Part shown: piece after piece, positions 29,258 to 39,127 of the stretch
How positions within the stretch are numbered: position 1 is the first letter of the stretch
How the letters are laid out: each line of letters starts with the position of its first letter
From: a virus
Direction: 5' to 3' (one strand)
IMG/VR virus record: IMGVR_UViG_3300024317_000004
Span: 1 to 64,000 of that record
Length of the DNA: 64,000 bases
Translations under genes and position numbers: made by a program
Notes under the pieces: generated by a model
What the model saw: the letters and a program-made list of their open reading frames with translations, nothing else
Database searches by the model: none
Told to the model about the DNA's origin: nothing

Positions 29258-29986
29258 ATGACCCAAACGCTTCGCGACAAGGTCTTGCCGCCGATCAACC
29301 AGGCGCGCGGGATCATGGGGCGTCTGGGCTTCCGCCCGTATACCTTCGCCGTCATTCGCCGCGTCTGGTCCGGCCGCTCGGTTGGCACTGGATCCGCCCA
29401 GGACACACGCCTCGCGATTGCGCCGGACTACAAGATCCGGCTGGTGTCATTGCAAGAGGTTACCTCGGACGCAGGTACGCTCCGTGATGGTGACTGGCGC
29501 ATTGGGCCCTTGACCCCAGCCGTCGCCGTCATCAAGGGCCACGTCAAGCAGATCGGCACCGGGACGGGCACCGTAGCGGTCAGCCAGAGCGTGCTGCCCA
29601 CTGGCGTGACGCAAGGCAAGTGGCGGCTCGTGGTGGAGATCACGACGTCGGGCCCCGTGGGCACCGGAGCCTTCCGCTACAGCGCCGATGGCGGCACGAC
29701 GTTCTCGACGCCAGCGGCCATTGCAGCGACCTTCCAGATTGCCAGCATCGGTGTCCTGCTGACCTTCAGTGGCACGTTTGTGCTTGGTGACACCTACTCG
29801 GTCAAGGGTGTCAGCGTGGGCTACACGCCTCAGCAACTGCGCCCCTCGACGGTCTTAGATAACATCCAGACCTTCTACGAACTCGTCGGACCCGAAGGCA
29901 CCCTGCTCTGCACGCTGGTACGGTACGACACGGATAGGGCATTGCGGAACACGCTGTACGTACGGCGCACCAGACTCACACCGTGA
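29258..29986 (+). CDS. Head-closure-like protein with inserted beta domain
   Basis: Synteny; central VEITTSG.VGTG.FRYS.DGG.TFS...TF..GDTY module. Confidence 0.5.
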   Translation: MTQTLRDKVLPPINQARGIMGRLGFRPYTFAVIRRVWSGRSVGTGSAQDTRLAIAPDYKIRLVSLQEVTSDAGTLRDGDWRIGPLTPAVAVIKGHVKQIGTGTGTVAVSQSVLPTGVTQGKWRLVVEITTSGPVGTGAFRYSADGGTTFSTPAAIAATFQIASIGVLLTFSGTFVLGDTYSVKGVSVGYTPQQLRPSTVLDNIQTFYELVGPEGTLLCTLVRYDTDRALRNTLYVRRTRLTP

Positions 29987-30513
29987 CCGTCCACAACGTA
30001 ACCGCCGCCGAGTTGCCAGCGCTCTTCAGGCGGCTGGAGATGGAGCGGCTCGAGCGGGTGCAGAATTCGTTCTTCGAAGCAGCACAAGCCGGCGTGGCGG
30101 TGATCGCTCGCGCTGCGCCAACGGATATGGGTGAGCTGCGCCGCAGCGTCCACGCCACTCGTGTCAGTCAGGGCGAGAGCCGTGTCGTTATCGATGCCCC
30201 TCATGCTGGAATCGTCGAGGCAGGCAGCAGGCCGCACACGCCGCCATTGGCACCGCTCATCGCTTGGGTACGACGGCATCGCATGGTCTTCGCGAAGTCC
30301 ATCAAGAACCGGGTGATGCTGCGTAAGCAGATCAACAAAAACCTCGCTCTATCTGGCAGACACCTCAAAGCCGCCGCGCAGGCTCGTTGGGGCCGAAAGA
30401 AACCGGCGTTTGGCCTGGGCAGGCACGAGATCTTCGACGCTCACATTGGCAGAGCGCAGCAGTTGCGGGCTTATACAAAGTCCCTGCGTCGTCAGTACCG
30501 CTGGCGTTACTAA
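29983..30513 (+). CDS. HK97 gp10-like neck protein, N-terminal part
   Basis: APTDMGELRRS...APHA.IVE.G.RPH.PP...L..WV. Confidence 0.75.
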   Translation: MTVHNVTAAELPALFRRLEMERLERVQNSFFEAAQAGVAVIARAAPTDMGELRRSVHATRVSQGESRVVIDAPHAGIVEAGSRPHTPPLAPLIAWVRRHRMVFAKSIKNRVMLRKQINKNLALSGRHLKAAAQARWGRKKPAFGLGRHEIFDAHIGRAQQLRAYTKSLRRQYRWRY

Positions 30514-30674
30514 TGTCCAAGCTGGCAGACCAGGAGATCGAGCGTATCGCGCGCATGATCCAGGCCAAGATCGCCAAGTACGGCACACGCCCTCGTTGGT
30601 TCGTGCGCAGCTCGTTGCCTCGGTTACGCAAGATCCTAGGCGCCCAAGTCAAGAGGGCGATTCGGGACCCTTAG
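30513..30674 (+). CDS. gp10-like C-terminal fragment as a separate 53-aa ORF
   Basis: IARMIQAKIAKYGTRPRWFVR; TAATG coupling. Confidence 0.6.
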   Translation: MSKLADQEIERIARMIQAKIAKYGTRPRWFVRSSLPRLRKILGAQVKRAIRDP

Positions 30675-30677
30675 CAC

Positions 30678-31313
30678 GTGCCAACAGATTACGTCGAAGC
30701 CGCCCGCTCCGAGCTGGCCACATGGCTCACGGGGCAGCTCCATGACGCCGGCTTCGTGGGCATAAACGTTCTGGACCAGTGGCCTGCGCCGAGTCGAAAG
30801 CTGGAGTTGCCAGTCATCGCAGTGCTCGCCGTCGGCGAGATGGACCGTGACCCCCACAGCCCGATGCTTCACAGCGTCACGGAGCTAACGGGCGTCCAGG
30901 GCCTGGTGACCTACAGCTACGGGCGCATCACGCTAGGCTTTCAGTTGGACGTCTGGGGCAGCACGCCGCGAGAGCGATCTGCGCTCACGAAAGCCGTCAG
31001 CGACGCCACGAACGTCAACCCGATCTACTCGCTCAACTTGACCAACGCACTTCCAGACTACCGACGTGCGCCAGGCTTGGTACTGCGGCTGAACGACTTC
31101 TACGGCGTGCTCTGCTCGTACCGCTTCGAGCAAGAGGCCGTGCCCGAGGAAGACAGCGACTCCGCGCAAACGATGGAGTTCAGAGCGATGTTTTCCGGGG
31201 AATCGCTGCTGCATGCAGCCAACGTTGAGCAAGTGGCGCTATTGAAGCGCATTCACCTAAGCCGGTTCGTCAACGGCGGCACGACGCCCGACGAAACCGT
31301 GATCACCGGCTAA
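30678..31313 (+). CDS. Tail terminator/completion protein (putative)
   Basis: Lies before the sheath; FQLDVW.....ER pattern. Confidence 0.6.
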   Translation: MPTDYVEAARSELATWLTGQLHDAGFVGINVLDQWPAPSRKLELPVIAVLAVGEMDRDPHSPMLHSVTELTGVQGLVTYSYGRITLGFQLDVWGSTPRERSALTKAVSDATNVNPIYSLNLTNALPDYRRAPGLVLRLNDFYGVLCSYRFEQEAVPEEDSDSAQTMEFRAMFSGESLLHAANVEQVALLKRIHLSRFVNGGTTPDETVITG

Positions 31314-31376
31314 TCGCCTTCGTACTCGCAACCGATTGTTGTCGTTTCGGCTCAGGCCGCAGCGAAAGGCACCGTA

Positions 31377-32891
31377 ATGTCTCTACCGCTTTTCATCGAT
31401 AGCGTCTCATCGACCTCGCCCGGCAGCCCCGGTGTCTTCGGAGTCGAGATTCCGGTCCCCAGCAAGATCGACGAGGTTAGCAGCGGATACATTGGCTACG
31501 TTGCAGCCTTCGCGTGGGGGCCTGTTCAGCAAGTCGTAACGCCAACGTCTTCGCAGAACTTCTTCGATATTTTCGAGCCTGCAGGGTCGCCGCGTAGCAG
31601 CACGGGCTATCTCGGGATCAAGGGACGCCGCGGCTTCACCTGCAAGATCATCCGCGCTCTAGCGAGTGATGCTGTTGCAGCGACCGGTACCATGACGGGG
31701 ACTGGCGGCAATACCGTTGCGACTGCGAAGTACAAGGGCACGCTTGGCAACAGCATCACGATTACGCAAGCGGCTGCGACCTCGGGGTCATCGACCAAGC
31801 GCAAGTACACCATCACGCTGACCAACTCGGTGACCGGAACGACGACCGAGGTTTACGATGAGGTCGTCCTACCTACCGGCACCACGGTCACGGTGGACGT
31901 CACCGGCAGTAAGCTACTCGCCTCGCTGACCCTCGCGAGCTCGATGACCGCGTTCCCGACGAACGCGACCGTGAGCTTCACGAGCGGCAGCAACGGCAGC
32001 GCGCTGGCGGCCTCGGACTACACCGGGACAGCGGGCGCGAATGACAAAGGCGTGGCCCTGTTCGAGGCCGACACCGACATCCGCGCCATCTGCCACGACG
32101 ACTGCGGCAACTCGCTCCGAGCGGCCGTCAACCTCGCGTTTGCAACGCAGTGTACGACCGATCGTGACCGACGCGCGTTCCTCGATGGCAACCCGGACGC
32201 TGCCGACTTCTCGACCGTCCAGGGATACGTGGTGAGCGGACTCACGACCGACCGAGTCACGTTCTTCGGGGCGTGGGTGACCATCCTCGACGATGCGGGT
32301 ACCACGCAGACGGTGCCGTTCAGCACGTTCGTCGCAAGCGCGTTTTTGAACCTCGAACCGCAGCAGTCCTACTCGTGGCACGATGATCGTGCGCTCAAGT
32401 ACTACGACGCCATCACGGGCGTGGTGGCCAACTTCGCCTGGCAAGCGAGCGCTGTGACGGACCTGGCCACCAGGAAAGGCACCACGTCCATCTGCCTGCC
32501 CGCCAAGACCGCGAAGGGTAAGTTCGTGGCGCTGCATGACCGGTCGACGGATAAGTCGTTCTCGGTCACGCGCAAGATCAAGGACTTCTTCGGGCTGTCG
32601 ATCCAGCCGGCCATGGACCCGTTCGTCAACGGGCCGAACCTCGCGAGCGAGAACCTGTCCCTGAAGGCGATGGCCGACAACTTCTTCCAGGACCAGGAGC
32701 GCAAGGGGCGCATTCAGTCGCCCGTCAATGGTGTGCGCCAGTGGAACACGAGCGTGGCCGCGAACGATACGAACGCGCTCGGTGCGGGTGACTTCTTCCT
32801 CGACGTCACGGCGATTACGCCTGCGCCTCGTGAGCGAATCTTCCTCCGGTACTCCGTTGGCTCAAGCGGCATCACGCTGATCCAGAGCTAG
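31377..32891 (+). CDS. Contractile tail sheath protein
   Basis: PGV..VE, F.WGPV, AKYKGTLGN.I and GSNG motifs; C-terminal P.ERI. Confidence 0.88.
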   Translation: MSLPLFIDSVSSTSPGSPGVFGVEIPVPSKIDEVSSGYIGYVAAFAWGPVQQVVTPTSSQNFFDIFEPAGSPRSSTGYLGIKGRRGFTCKIIRALASDAVAATGTMTGTGGNTVATAKYKGTLGNSITITQAAATSGSSTKRKYTITLTNSVTGTTTEVYDEVVLPTGTTVTVDVTGSKLLASLTLASSMTAFPTNATVSFTSGSNGSALAASDYTGTAGANDKGVALFEADTDIRAICHDDCGNSLRAAVNLAFATQCTTDRDRRAFLDGNPDAADFSTVQGYVVSGLTTDRVTFFGAWVTILDDAGTTQTVPFSTFVASAFLNLEPQQSYSWHDDRALKYYDAITGVVANFAWQASAVTDLATRKGTTSICLPAKTAKGKFVALHDRSTDKSFSVTRKIKDFFGLSIQPAMDPFVNGPNLASENLSLKAMADNFFQDQERKGRIQSPVNGVRQWNTSVAANDTNALGAGDFFLDVTAITPAPRERIFLRYSVGSSGITLIQS

Positions 32892-32937
32892 CCAGCCCCT
32901 CGCGTCTTTCAACTCACTCACAACTTGGTGAACTTCG

Positions 32938-33378
32938 ATGGCTGACCCAGAGTTGCCGCTAAACGGTGAGAACACGCCAATTCGCGTGTACGTTAACAAC
33001 CAACCGTTTGGGATATCCGACACGGTCGACAGTTGGAATATCAACGAGGACGCCGTGATCCACACTGACCAATATATCGGTCGGGATCGCGCGCGTTTCG
33101 ACAAGCAAGTGAACGGCTATGACATGGCGCTGAGCGCAGATATGACCAACACAACGCTGTTGGCGGCCCTGCTGGCTCAAGATGCTGCTCGGGAAGCGAA
33201 TCAGCCGATCCCCGAGATCGCCATCGAAGTGCAAGCGAAGCAGCGCAACGGGCCGATCAAGGCGTTTGTGCTCAGCAAGGTCGTGGCCAAATGGAACATC
33301 AAGTCCGGAAGCCGTGTTGAGCGGGTGAAAAAGGGGCTCGACCTCAAAGGCGAGCGAATCATCCCGGTGGCGCTGTAA
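32938..33378 (+). CDS. Tail tube protein
   Basis: 146-aa beta-rich protein directly after the sheath. Confidence 0.75.
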   Translation: MADPELPLNGENTPIRVYVNNQPFGISDTVDSWNINEDAVIHTDQYIGRDRARFDKQVNGYDMALSADMTNTTLLAALLAQDAAREANQPIPEIAIEVQAKQRNGPIKAFVLSKVVAKWNIKSGSRVERVKKGLDLKGERIIPVAL

Positions 33379-33816
33379 ATGCCTCAGTTTTACGAGAAGA
33401 TCCTGCCGTCTGGCATGGCGATCCGCGTACGCCCCTTGCGCACACGTGACAAGCTCGACATCGACCGAGACATCGCGGCGAAGGACGGCGATCAGATCGC
33501 TACCATGGTTGCCACGATGGCCCGATGCCTTGTGGCTCACGCCCCACCACAGTCGTGGCAATTCAAGAACGACGACGAGGGCAAGCCAACCGAGGCGCCA
33601 GACACCGACGCCATGCTACGGGACATTCCGCCTAACGCATGGGTTCAGGATAGCCCACTGAGCCTGATTGCTGAGGGCACGTCTGTGGTGGACGTTCTTG
33701 CGCACCTGCCTGACTTCGATTGCGCATACGACACGATCAACCAAGCAAGCGGTTTTGGTGACGTCAAAGCCCCTTTAGTCAAAGCGGCGCCGGCAAGAAA
33801 AGTGACGATCGCGTAG
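33379..33816 (+). CDS. Tail assembly chaperone
   Basis: Between tube and tape measure genes; slippery heptamer near the 3' end. Confidence 0.75.
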   Translation: MPQFYEKILPSGMAIRVRPLRTRDKLDIDRDIAAKDGDQIATMVATMARCLVAHAPPQSWQFKNDDEGKPTEAPDTDAMLRDIPPNAWVQDSPLSLIAEGTSVVDVLAHLPDFDCAYDTINQASGFGDVKAPLVKAAPARKVTIA

Positions 33817-34001
33817 AGGACCTGCCGCAGATGCCGGAAGGGCTCTGGACGCTCGCGTGCGCCGCTCGGTACGGCAGGCAAGCGGTATGGGGCGAGTCGG
33901 GGCTACTGGAAGCGCCGTGGGCAGAGGTTCGCGACTTCGTTGACGCCGTGATGGCGATTGCGTCGATGGAGACCAGGATACCCGGACAAGAAGACGACTA
34001 A
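33771..34001 (+). other. Programmed -1 frameshift site and extension ORF of the chaperone
   Basis: C CCT TTA at 33771-33777 is in the correct phase; the -1 frame is open to TAA at 33999-34001 (..GLWTLACAARYGRQ..PGQEDD). Confidence 0.8.
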
Positions 34002-34004
34002 GCC

Positions 34005-35753
34005 GTGGCAGACACACAGTACAACGTCCTCGTAAATTACGTTACGAAGACGGGGCAGGCTAAGTCGGAGGTCGACTCCATCTCGAAGTCGTTCACTGGC
34101 CTGTCCGACATGGCCGGTGGCATTGCCAGACGCATCGATGGCGCTTTCATGTCGATTGCGCGTATGGGCGTCGCTGCGGTCACGGCAGCGGGGGCAGCAG
34201 GCATCGGCGCGCTGGTCTACGGCGTCACTAGGCTCAATGCGGAGGCCGAATCGGCCACCATCTCGATCGCTGGGATGATTCAGGCGGGCCACGGGGCAGA
34301 GACCTTCTCTCAGGCGATGAGCATGAGCCAATCGGTCATTGCAGCCATGCGTCGCGATGCAGCCGCGCTGCCAGGCGAATTCGAAGATCTCCAGCGCGTG
34401 TTCCAGGGCTCGCTGTCAGGTGGCTTGAACGCAGGCAAGAGCGTCGAGCAGATTGAGCAGTTCTCTGGCCGCATGATGGCCGTGAGTCAGATGCTCAACG
34501 TCGACAGCCAGACGGCCGGCAGAGAGCTGGCCATGATGCTCGACGGCAGAGCGGGAGCACACGTTGTCCTGTTCTCTCGCCTTCGGGCACAGATCGGGAT
34601 GACGGCCCGCGAGTTCAATGAAGCCACGCCGCAAGAGCGCTTCCGGAGGTTAAGCCAAGCACTCAACGGGTTCGATCCAGCAATACGAGCGTTTGGCAAT
34701 TCGTGGTCGGCTATCTCGTCGACGACGATGGACATTCTCAAGAACACGCTCCGCATCGCGTCCGGGCCCCTGTTCACCCGCGTCAAGAACGAGCTGAACG
34801 AGATCAACAACTACCTACAGTCCCACCAAGAACGCCTCAACGAGATCGTCACGAACGTCGGACAACGCCTCGCAGGCGCATTCGACGCAGTCAAAGAAAA
34901 GACCCTGTTCATCAAGGACCACTTCGGCGAGATCGTTGGCCAGGCCCGCGAGATGGGCGAGCGCTTCGGTGGCGCTGCGCTGGTTGGCCGCGGCGCGCTT
35001 GGGCTCATTGCAAACCGTGGTGTGGCAGGTGCCGTAGGTGGTGCGCTGGGTGGCGGGGCCGGCGTTGGCGGCATCGCGATCGCGGCGCTCATGACGCCGC
35101 TTGTCGTAGCGGTCGCCGATGGATCCGTATCGCTACGAAGGTTCAAAGCAGACGTCGACTCTCTACTCACGCCGCTGGAGAATAGCCTCAAGCAGCTAAC
35201 CACCGCATTGGAGCCGCTGATCTCAAAAGCCGGGCAGTTGCAATTCAGCTGGTTTGAGAGGCTGGTCGATAACGCCAAGAAAGTCGCAGACGCATTCGGT
35301 CTCGTGACGTCTGCGTTGACCTACGCGAAGGATCATATCCCCGAAGGCATGACCCATTACATGGACACGTTCTGGGAAGAGTTCAGGCACGGGATGGGGA
35401 TGGCCATCCAAAGCCTGATCTACCTAATCCCGGGCATTGGTCAGGTCATCGGAGCGGTCGATTTGTATAGGTCATGGCGAGCTGGGCGCAATGGGATGAG
35501 CGGCCGAATGATGGCCGACGAGCCAGATGAGCGAGTCGATGCCATCGCGCCGTTTGTGCAGCATGCGTTGGCACGCAACGAACGTAGACAGCAGCAGGTT
35601 CCCCCTCGGGGGAACCTAAACGTTAACGTTCGCATTGAGCAGACTGTGAACGACGCGTCGGATCCGCAAAGGCTATACCTTGTGACGAACCGTGCGATTT
35701 GGGACGCTGTGTATCGGCCGACCGAGATGCCGAAGAATCAAGTCATGCGATGA
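34005..35753 (+). CDS. Tape measure protein (short, 582 aa)
   Basis: Ala/Gly-rich helical protein after the chaperone. Confidence 0.85.
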   Translation: MADTQYNVLVNYVTKTGQAKSEVDSISKSFTGLSDMAGGIARRIDGAFMSIARMGVAAVTAAGAAGIGALVYGVTRLNAEAESATISIAGMIQAGHGAETFSQAMSMSQSVIAAMRRDAAALPGEFEDLQRVFQGSLSGGLNAGKSVEQIEQFSGRMMAVSQMLNVDSQTAGRELAMMLDGRAGAHVVLFSRLRAQIGMTAREFNEATPQERFRRLSQALNGFDPAIRAFGNSWSAISSTTMDILKNTLRIASGPLFTRVKNELNEINNYLQSHQERLNEIVTNVGQRLAGAFDAVKEKTLFIKDHFGEIVGQAREMGERFGGAALVGRGALGLIANRGVAGAVGGALGGGAGVGGIAIAALMTPLVVAVADGSVSLRRFKADVDSLLTPLENSLKQLTTALEPLISKAGQLQFSWFERLVDNAKKVADAFGLVTSALTYAKDHIPEGMTHYMDTFWEEFRHGMGMAIQSLIYLIPGIGQVIGAVDLYRSWRAGRNGMSGRMMADEPDERVDAIAPFVQHALARNERRQQQVPPRGNLNVNVRIEQTVNDASDPQRLYLVTNRAIWDAVYRPTEMPKNQVMR

Positions 35754-37342
35754 CCGTAGATTCGTCGTTTCTTGGTTCTCGTGGCCAAGGCGATGCTAGG
35801 CCTCCGCGTGTCGACTATCCGCGCGCCTTCGTTGATATCGCTGTAGCGCTTGTCACGAGACCTCCGGTGCCCCTGCCGGACGAAGAGCAACGCGTTATTC
35901 GTGTCAACGCGCAAGGCGAGAAGTCAGCAGCGACCGAGCTGACCATTCCAGAGCGTACGGATCAAGTACACACCGGCATCGTGCCTACGCGTGCAACGTA
36001 TACGCGACGAACGTTCAAACAAGCCGGAGAATGCGACGTAACGGTGCACGGCAGCGTGCTTCCGTTCAACCCGTTGGTTGTGATGGGAGCCTTTCTCCGA
36101 TTGTACGTCGGCGTAGTGGATAAGGTTGACGCGGAGTCAGAAGATGCCGAGTCCCAGATCAGGCAGCAGGGCAATCTTCGATTCGTCGGCTATGCGGACC
36201 AATTCGAAGACTCGATGGATGACAAAGGGCCGGCTGTCACGTTCAAATGTCGCGACCTTAGCGCGCTCTTCATGGATGCGCGACCGGTGCCCAAGAGCGT
36301 TGTCCCGCTATATTCCGACACGCTCGGCGAAGCGCTGCAAAAGCTCGTTGACTATGTCTGCCAGCCGTTTGTCGACGCGGGCGAAGACGCGCCCATCACA
36401 CTGCGTAAAATCGATTCGAGATTCGATGCCAAGCTCAGCAGCGCAGCGCATGCGAGATCGCAGACCGCGCCGATCCTCATCGACCCCAATGCGACTGTTT
36501 GGTCTGTTCTGACGCATGCCTGCGGTCTGGTGTCGACGACGCCCTATGTCATTCTCGATGAGCTGGTAATCACCTCGGCGACGCAAGCCTATGGGACCGA
36601 GAGCGAGACCAAGTACAGCTTCATCTTTGGGTCCGAGAGTAGCAACCTTCTCAGTCTGAATCGCGTTCGCAAGTACTCCAGAAACAGGCGCGGAGTCAGG
36701 CTTGTCTCATATAGCCCAGCGCTGAGGCAGGTTATCGAGGCACAGTGGCCGCAGAAGGGGCAGGAGCCTGCCCATACGCGCCCCGTGACAGGCCTGGGCA
36801 ACCGAGTACCGCCGCACCAGCGGCACGACAGAAAGACCCAGTCTTCCACATCGTCTCATAGCCACAACACGGGCCGCCCGCGCTCTCGTACTGTCACTCA
36901 GCCCAAAGACGAGTACGAGCTGCTGGAATGCCCTCCGGGCATTCACGACAGAGACGCATTAGAGGCAGCCGCGAAAGCCGCATACCTCGAACGTTCATTG
37001 GGCGATCTTGAAGGCAGGCTAGAAACCATCGACCTCACGAACGACGTGCTTGACATCAAGCACTCGGATCGCGTGTCGATTATGGTCAATCCCTCACTCG
37101 AAGCAGAGCTGCTGAACACGACGAGCGATCGACGGGCCGCAAAGCTTCTCTCGACGCGTCTCGGTATGGACCTCGACACACTGTCGACGCTGGTCCAGGC
37201 CACACGGTTGTTTCCGTTGGCGCAATACTTCGTGCGGTCCAGCTCGGTGAGCTACTCATCGGAAGGCCGCTCCTCTGCCACGATGGAGTTCATCAAGCTT
37301 ATTGATGCTCGCCCGGCGAGCCAAGGCGGCACAGGGCTGTGA
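35750..37342 (+). CDS. Baseplate hub protein (putative)
   Basis: RFVGYAD......VTFKCRD.SA.F.D pattern; synteny. Confidence 0.65.
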   Translation: MTVDSSFLGSRGQGDARPPRVDYPRAFVDIAVALVTRPPVPLPDEEQRVIRVNAQGEKSAATELTIPERTDQVHTGIVPTRATYTRRTFKQAGECDVTVHGSVLPFNPLVVMGAFLRLYVGVVDKVDAESEDAESQIRQQGNLRFVGYADQFEDSMDDKGPAVTFKCRDLSALFMDARPVPKSVVPLYSDTLGEALQKLVDYVCQPFVDAGEDAPITLRKIDSRFDAKLSSAAHARSQTAPILIDPNATVWSVLTHACGLVSTTPYVILDELVITSATQAYGTESETKYSFIFGSESSNLLSLNRVRKYSRNRRGVRLVSYSPALRQVIEAQWPQKGQEPAHTRPVTGLGNRVPPHQRHDRKTQSSTSSHSHNTGRPRSRTVTQPKDEYELLECPPGIHDRDALEAAAKAAYLERSLGDLEGRLETIDLTNDVLDIKHSDRVSIMVNPSLEAELLNTTSDRRAAKLLSTRLGMDLDTLSTLVQATRLFPLAQYFVRSSSVSYSSEGRSSATMEFIKLIDARPASQGGTGL

Positions 37343-37980
37343 GGCTACCTGGCCACGTCGGGCATGCGATGCGCGAGATGTTCTCGGGCGCGACATTCCG
37401 CGCGCTGATGGACATCCGTGACGCAGGCGAGGCCTTTCTAGCGGAATTCGGCGCCGACCATTCAGAGGTCGACGATACTACCGGTGGCGCAGACATTCAT
37501 TCACCGTACACCGACGAATTGACTGGCCATGAAGGTACAGCACGCACCCATATCCCAGGCGGAATCCTGTTCTCCATCAAAGAGAAGGGCGACAAGTGCT
37601 TCGTGATTCACCCGCGGGGCTTGCGGGTCCCAGGCGCAGGCATCCTGCTGCATAGCTTGGGTGGCGTCGCGGATAGGGTGCCAGCGTGGCTCGGGCAGAA
37701 GGTTGGACTGTTCGTCAAAAAGTACGTTCTGCGGCTCGAATCGAAAGACGAAGCCGTCGAGATCCAAGCCGGTAGCGGAAAAGACATCGTGCTCAACGCC
37801 GGCACGGCAAAGGTTGGACGGGTGGGCGATACCGTTGACTGCGGCACGCTCTATCTCACGATCGTAAGTGGCGCGGTATCGGCGATCACACACGTTCCGC
37901 CGGGCGGCGCGCCGGCACCTGGTACGCCCGTCCCGCTGAGTGGCAAGATTGCCGCTGGCGCGAACAACGTGAAGGCTTAG
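37339..37980 (+). CDS. Baseplate spike protein (putative)
   Basis: OB-like N-terminus; C-terminal VGRVGDTV...GKI..G..NVKA. Confidence 0.7.
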   Translation: MRLPGHVGHAMREMFSGATFRALMDIRDAGEAFLAEFGADHSEVDDTTGGADIHSPYTDELTGHEGTARTHIPGGILFSIKEKGDKCFVIHPRGLRVPGAGILLHSLGGVADRVPAWLGQKVGLFVKKYVLRLESKDEAVEIQAGSGKDIVLNAGTAKVGRVGDTVDCGTLYLTIVSGAVSAITHVPPGGAPAPGTPVPLSGKIAAGANNVKA

Positions 37981-38378
37981 TGCGTCTGCGCCGCGTTGGC
38001 GGTCTTCCTTGCCGCAACTTCTGGCCCGCCAATGTCCCACACGTCCGTTTCTGCTTTGCCAGTCCCTTCTGATTCTTCGGCTGTAGCTGTCCTTCTCTCG
38101 AATTGCTCTAGCTTCCTGGCGTACTCGCGTCTGCCGACTCGTTCCGTCCTTTGCCTGGCCATAGCCCTGCGATCGTACGCATCGGCCGCCGCTCTCTCTG
38201 TAGACGACACAGGCGGGCCTGCGACCGTCTGGCAGCGTGGTCCGTTGATTGTCGCCTCTCCGAAACACACGCGGTGCGTTTCGACCGGATGAAGCCTAAC
38301 CGTGACGTTGACGTCTTGGGCCGACGCAGCGCTGGCAAGTAAGCAGGCGACAGCGAAGACGTAGAGTCTTGAGCGCAT
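37977..38378 (-). CDS. Secreted moron protein
   Basis: Signal peptide ending ASA-Q; antisense to the tail operon. Confidence 0.6.
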   Translation of the reverse strand: MRSRLYVFAVACLLASAASAQDVNVTVRLHPVETHRVCFGEATINGPRCQTVAGPPVSSTERAAADAYDRRAMARQRTERVGRREYARKLEQFERRTATAEESEGTGKAETDVWDIGGPEVAARKTANAAQTH

Positions 38379-38388
38379 GGGTTGACTT

Positions 38389-39048
38389 CTAGGGCCTATA
38401 TGCGTGCGGAGCGGTTAGGTAGTGAGCCGTTGGGTCGCTCGAGCGCATGACCACGTTGGTATAGACGAAGGCTCCGCTGTACGTGCTTATGGACGGAGCG
38501 CGTATCTCGACCTGAGTGTCCGTTAGGGTCGTGATTGTGTAGTTGTCGAGTCTGCCGTCCTGGCCAACGCAACTCAGTCTAGAGTCGATTCCGTTCAAAT
38601 CTTTGAACAGGGTGCAGGCAAGCGTTTGCAGGTTATCGTTGATTCTAGAGATGGATTTTGCCTGAAAAGTAATACTCGTTTGTAGCTTTCCGTTTGCCCA
38701 TATAACGCCCCCAGAAACGCTCATATCCGAATAGTCTTCTCGTGGCGCTTGCGCAGCAGACCCGCCGACGCTGATGTTGAACGAGAACGAGTAATCTGGT
38801 CGCGGCGGCGGTGCTGGCACAGGGCAAGAGCAAGTTGGCAGCGCTCCGCCATCGTCCGCATGAGCATCCCGTGTTTCCATCCCAAGAACATCGGCCGCCG
38901 CGTCCCGCATCGCCTCAAGCATGTAGCTCATTGGTCCAGCGTCCGCGCCGGCTTCGACGGACTGCATCGAGGGCACGCCACAAGCGAGAAACACACAATG
39001 AATGGATACGGCCCCGAGTAGCGACCAGCCCACGATCTTCCCTCGCAT
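38389..39048 (-). CDS. Lipoprotein-like moron
   Basis: MRGK + hydrophobic stretch + FLAC-G; DAG/DA-rich linker; beta-rich C-domain. Confidence 0.6.
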   Translation of the reverse strand: MRGKIVGWSLLGAVSIHCVFLACGVPSMQSVEAGADAGPMSYMLEAMRDAAADVLGMETRDAHADDGGALPTCSCPVPAPPPRPDYSFSFNISVGGSAAQAPREDYSDMSVSGGVIWANGKLQTSITFQAKSISRINDNLQTLACTLFKDLNGIDSRLSCVGQDGRLDNYTITTLTDTQVEIRAPSISTYSGAFVYTNVVMRSSDPTAHYLTAPHAYRP

Positions 39049-39127
39049 ATTGACCCCGCTAGCTACTGCCGCCCCACATTGGCAGTGTTCCAATCGTTAT
39101 ACGGCGCCACTCGCGAAACCTTGACCC

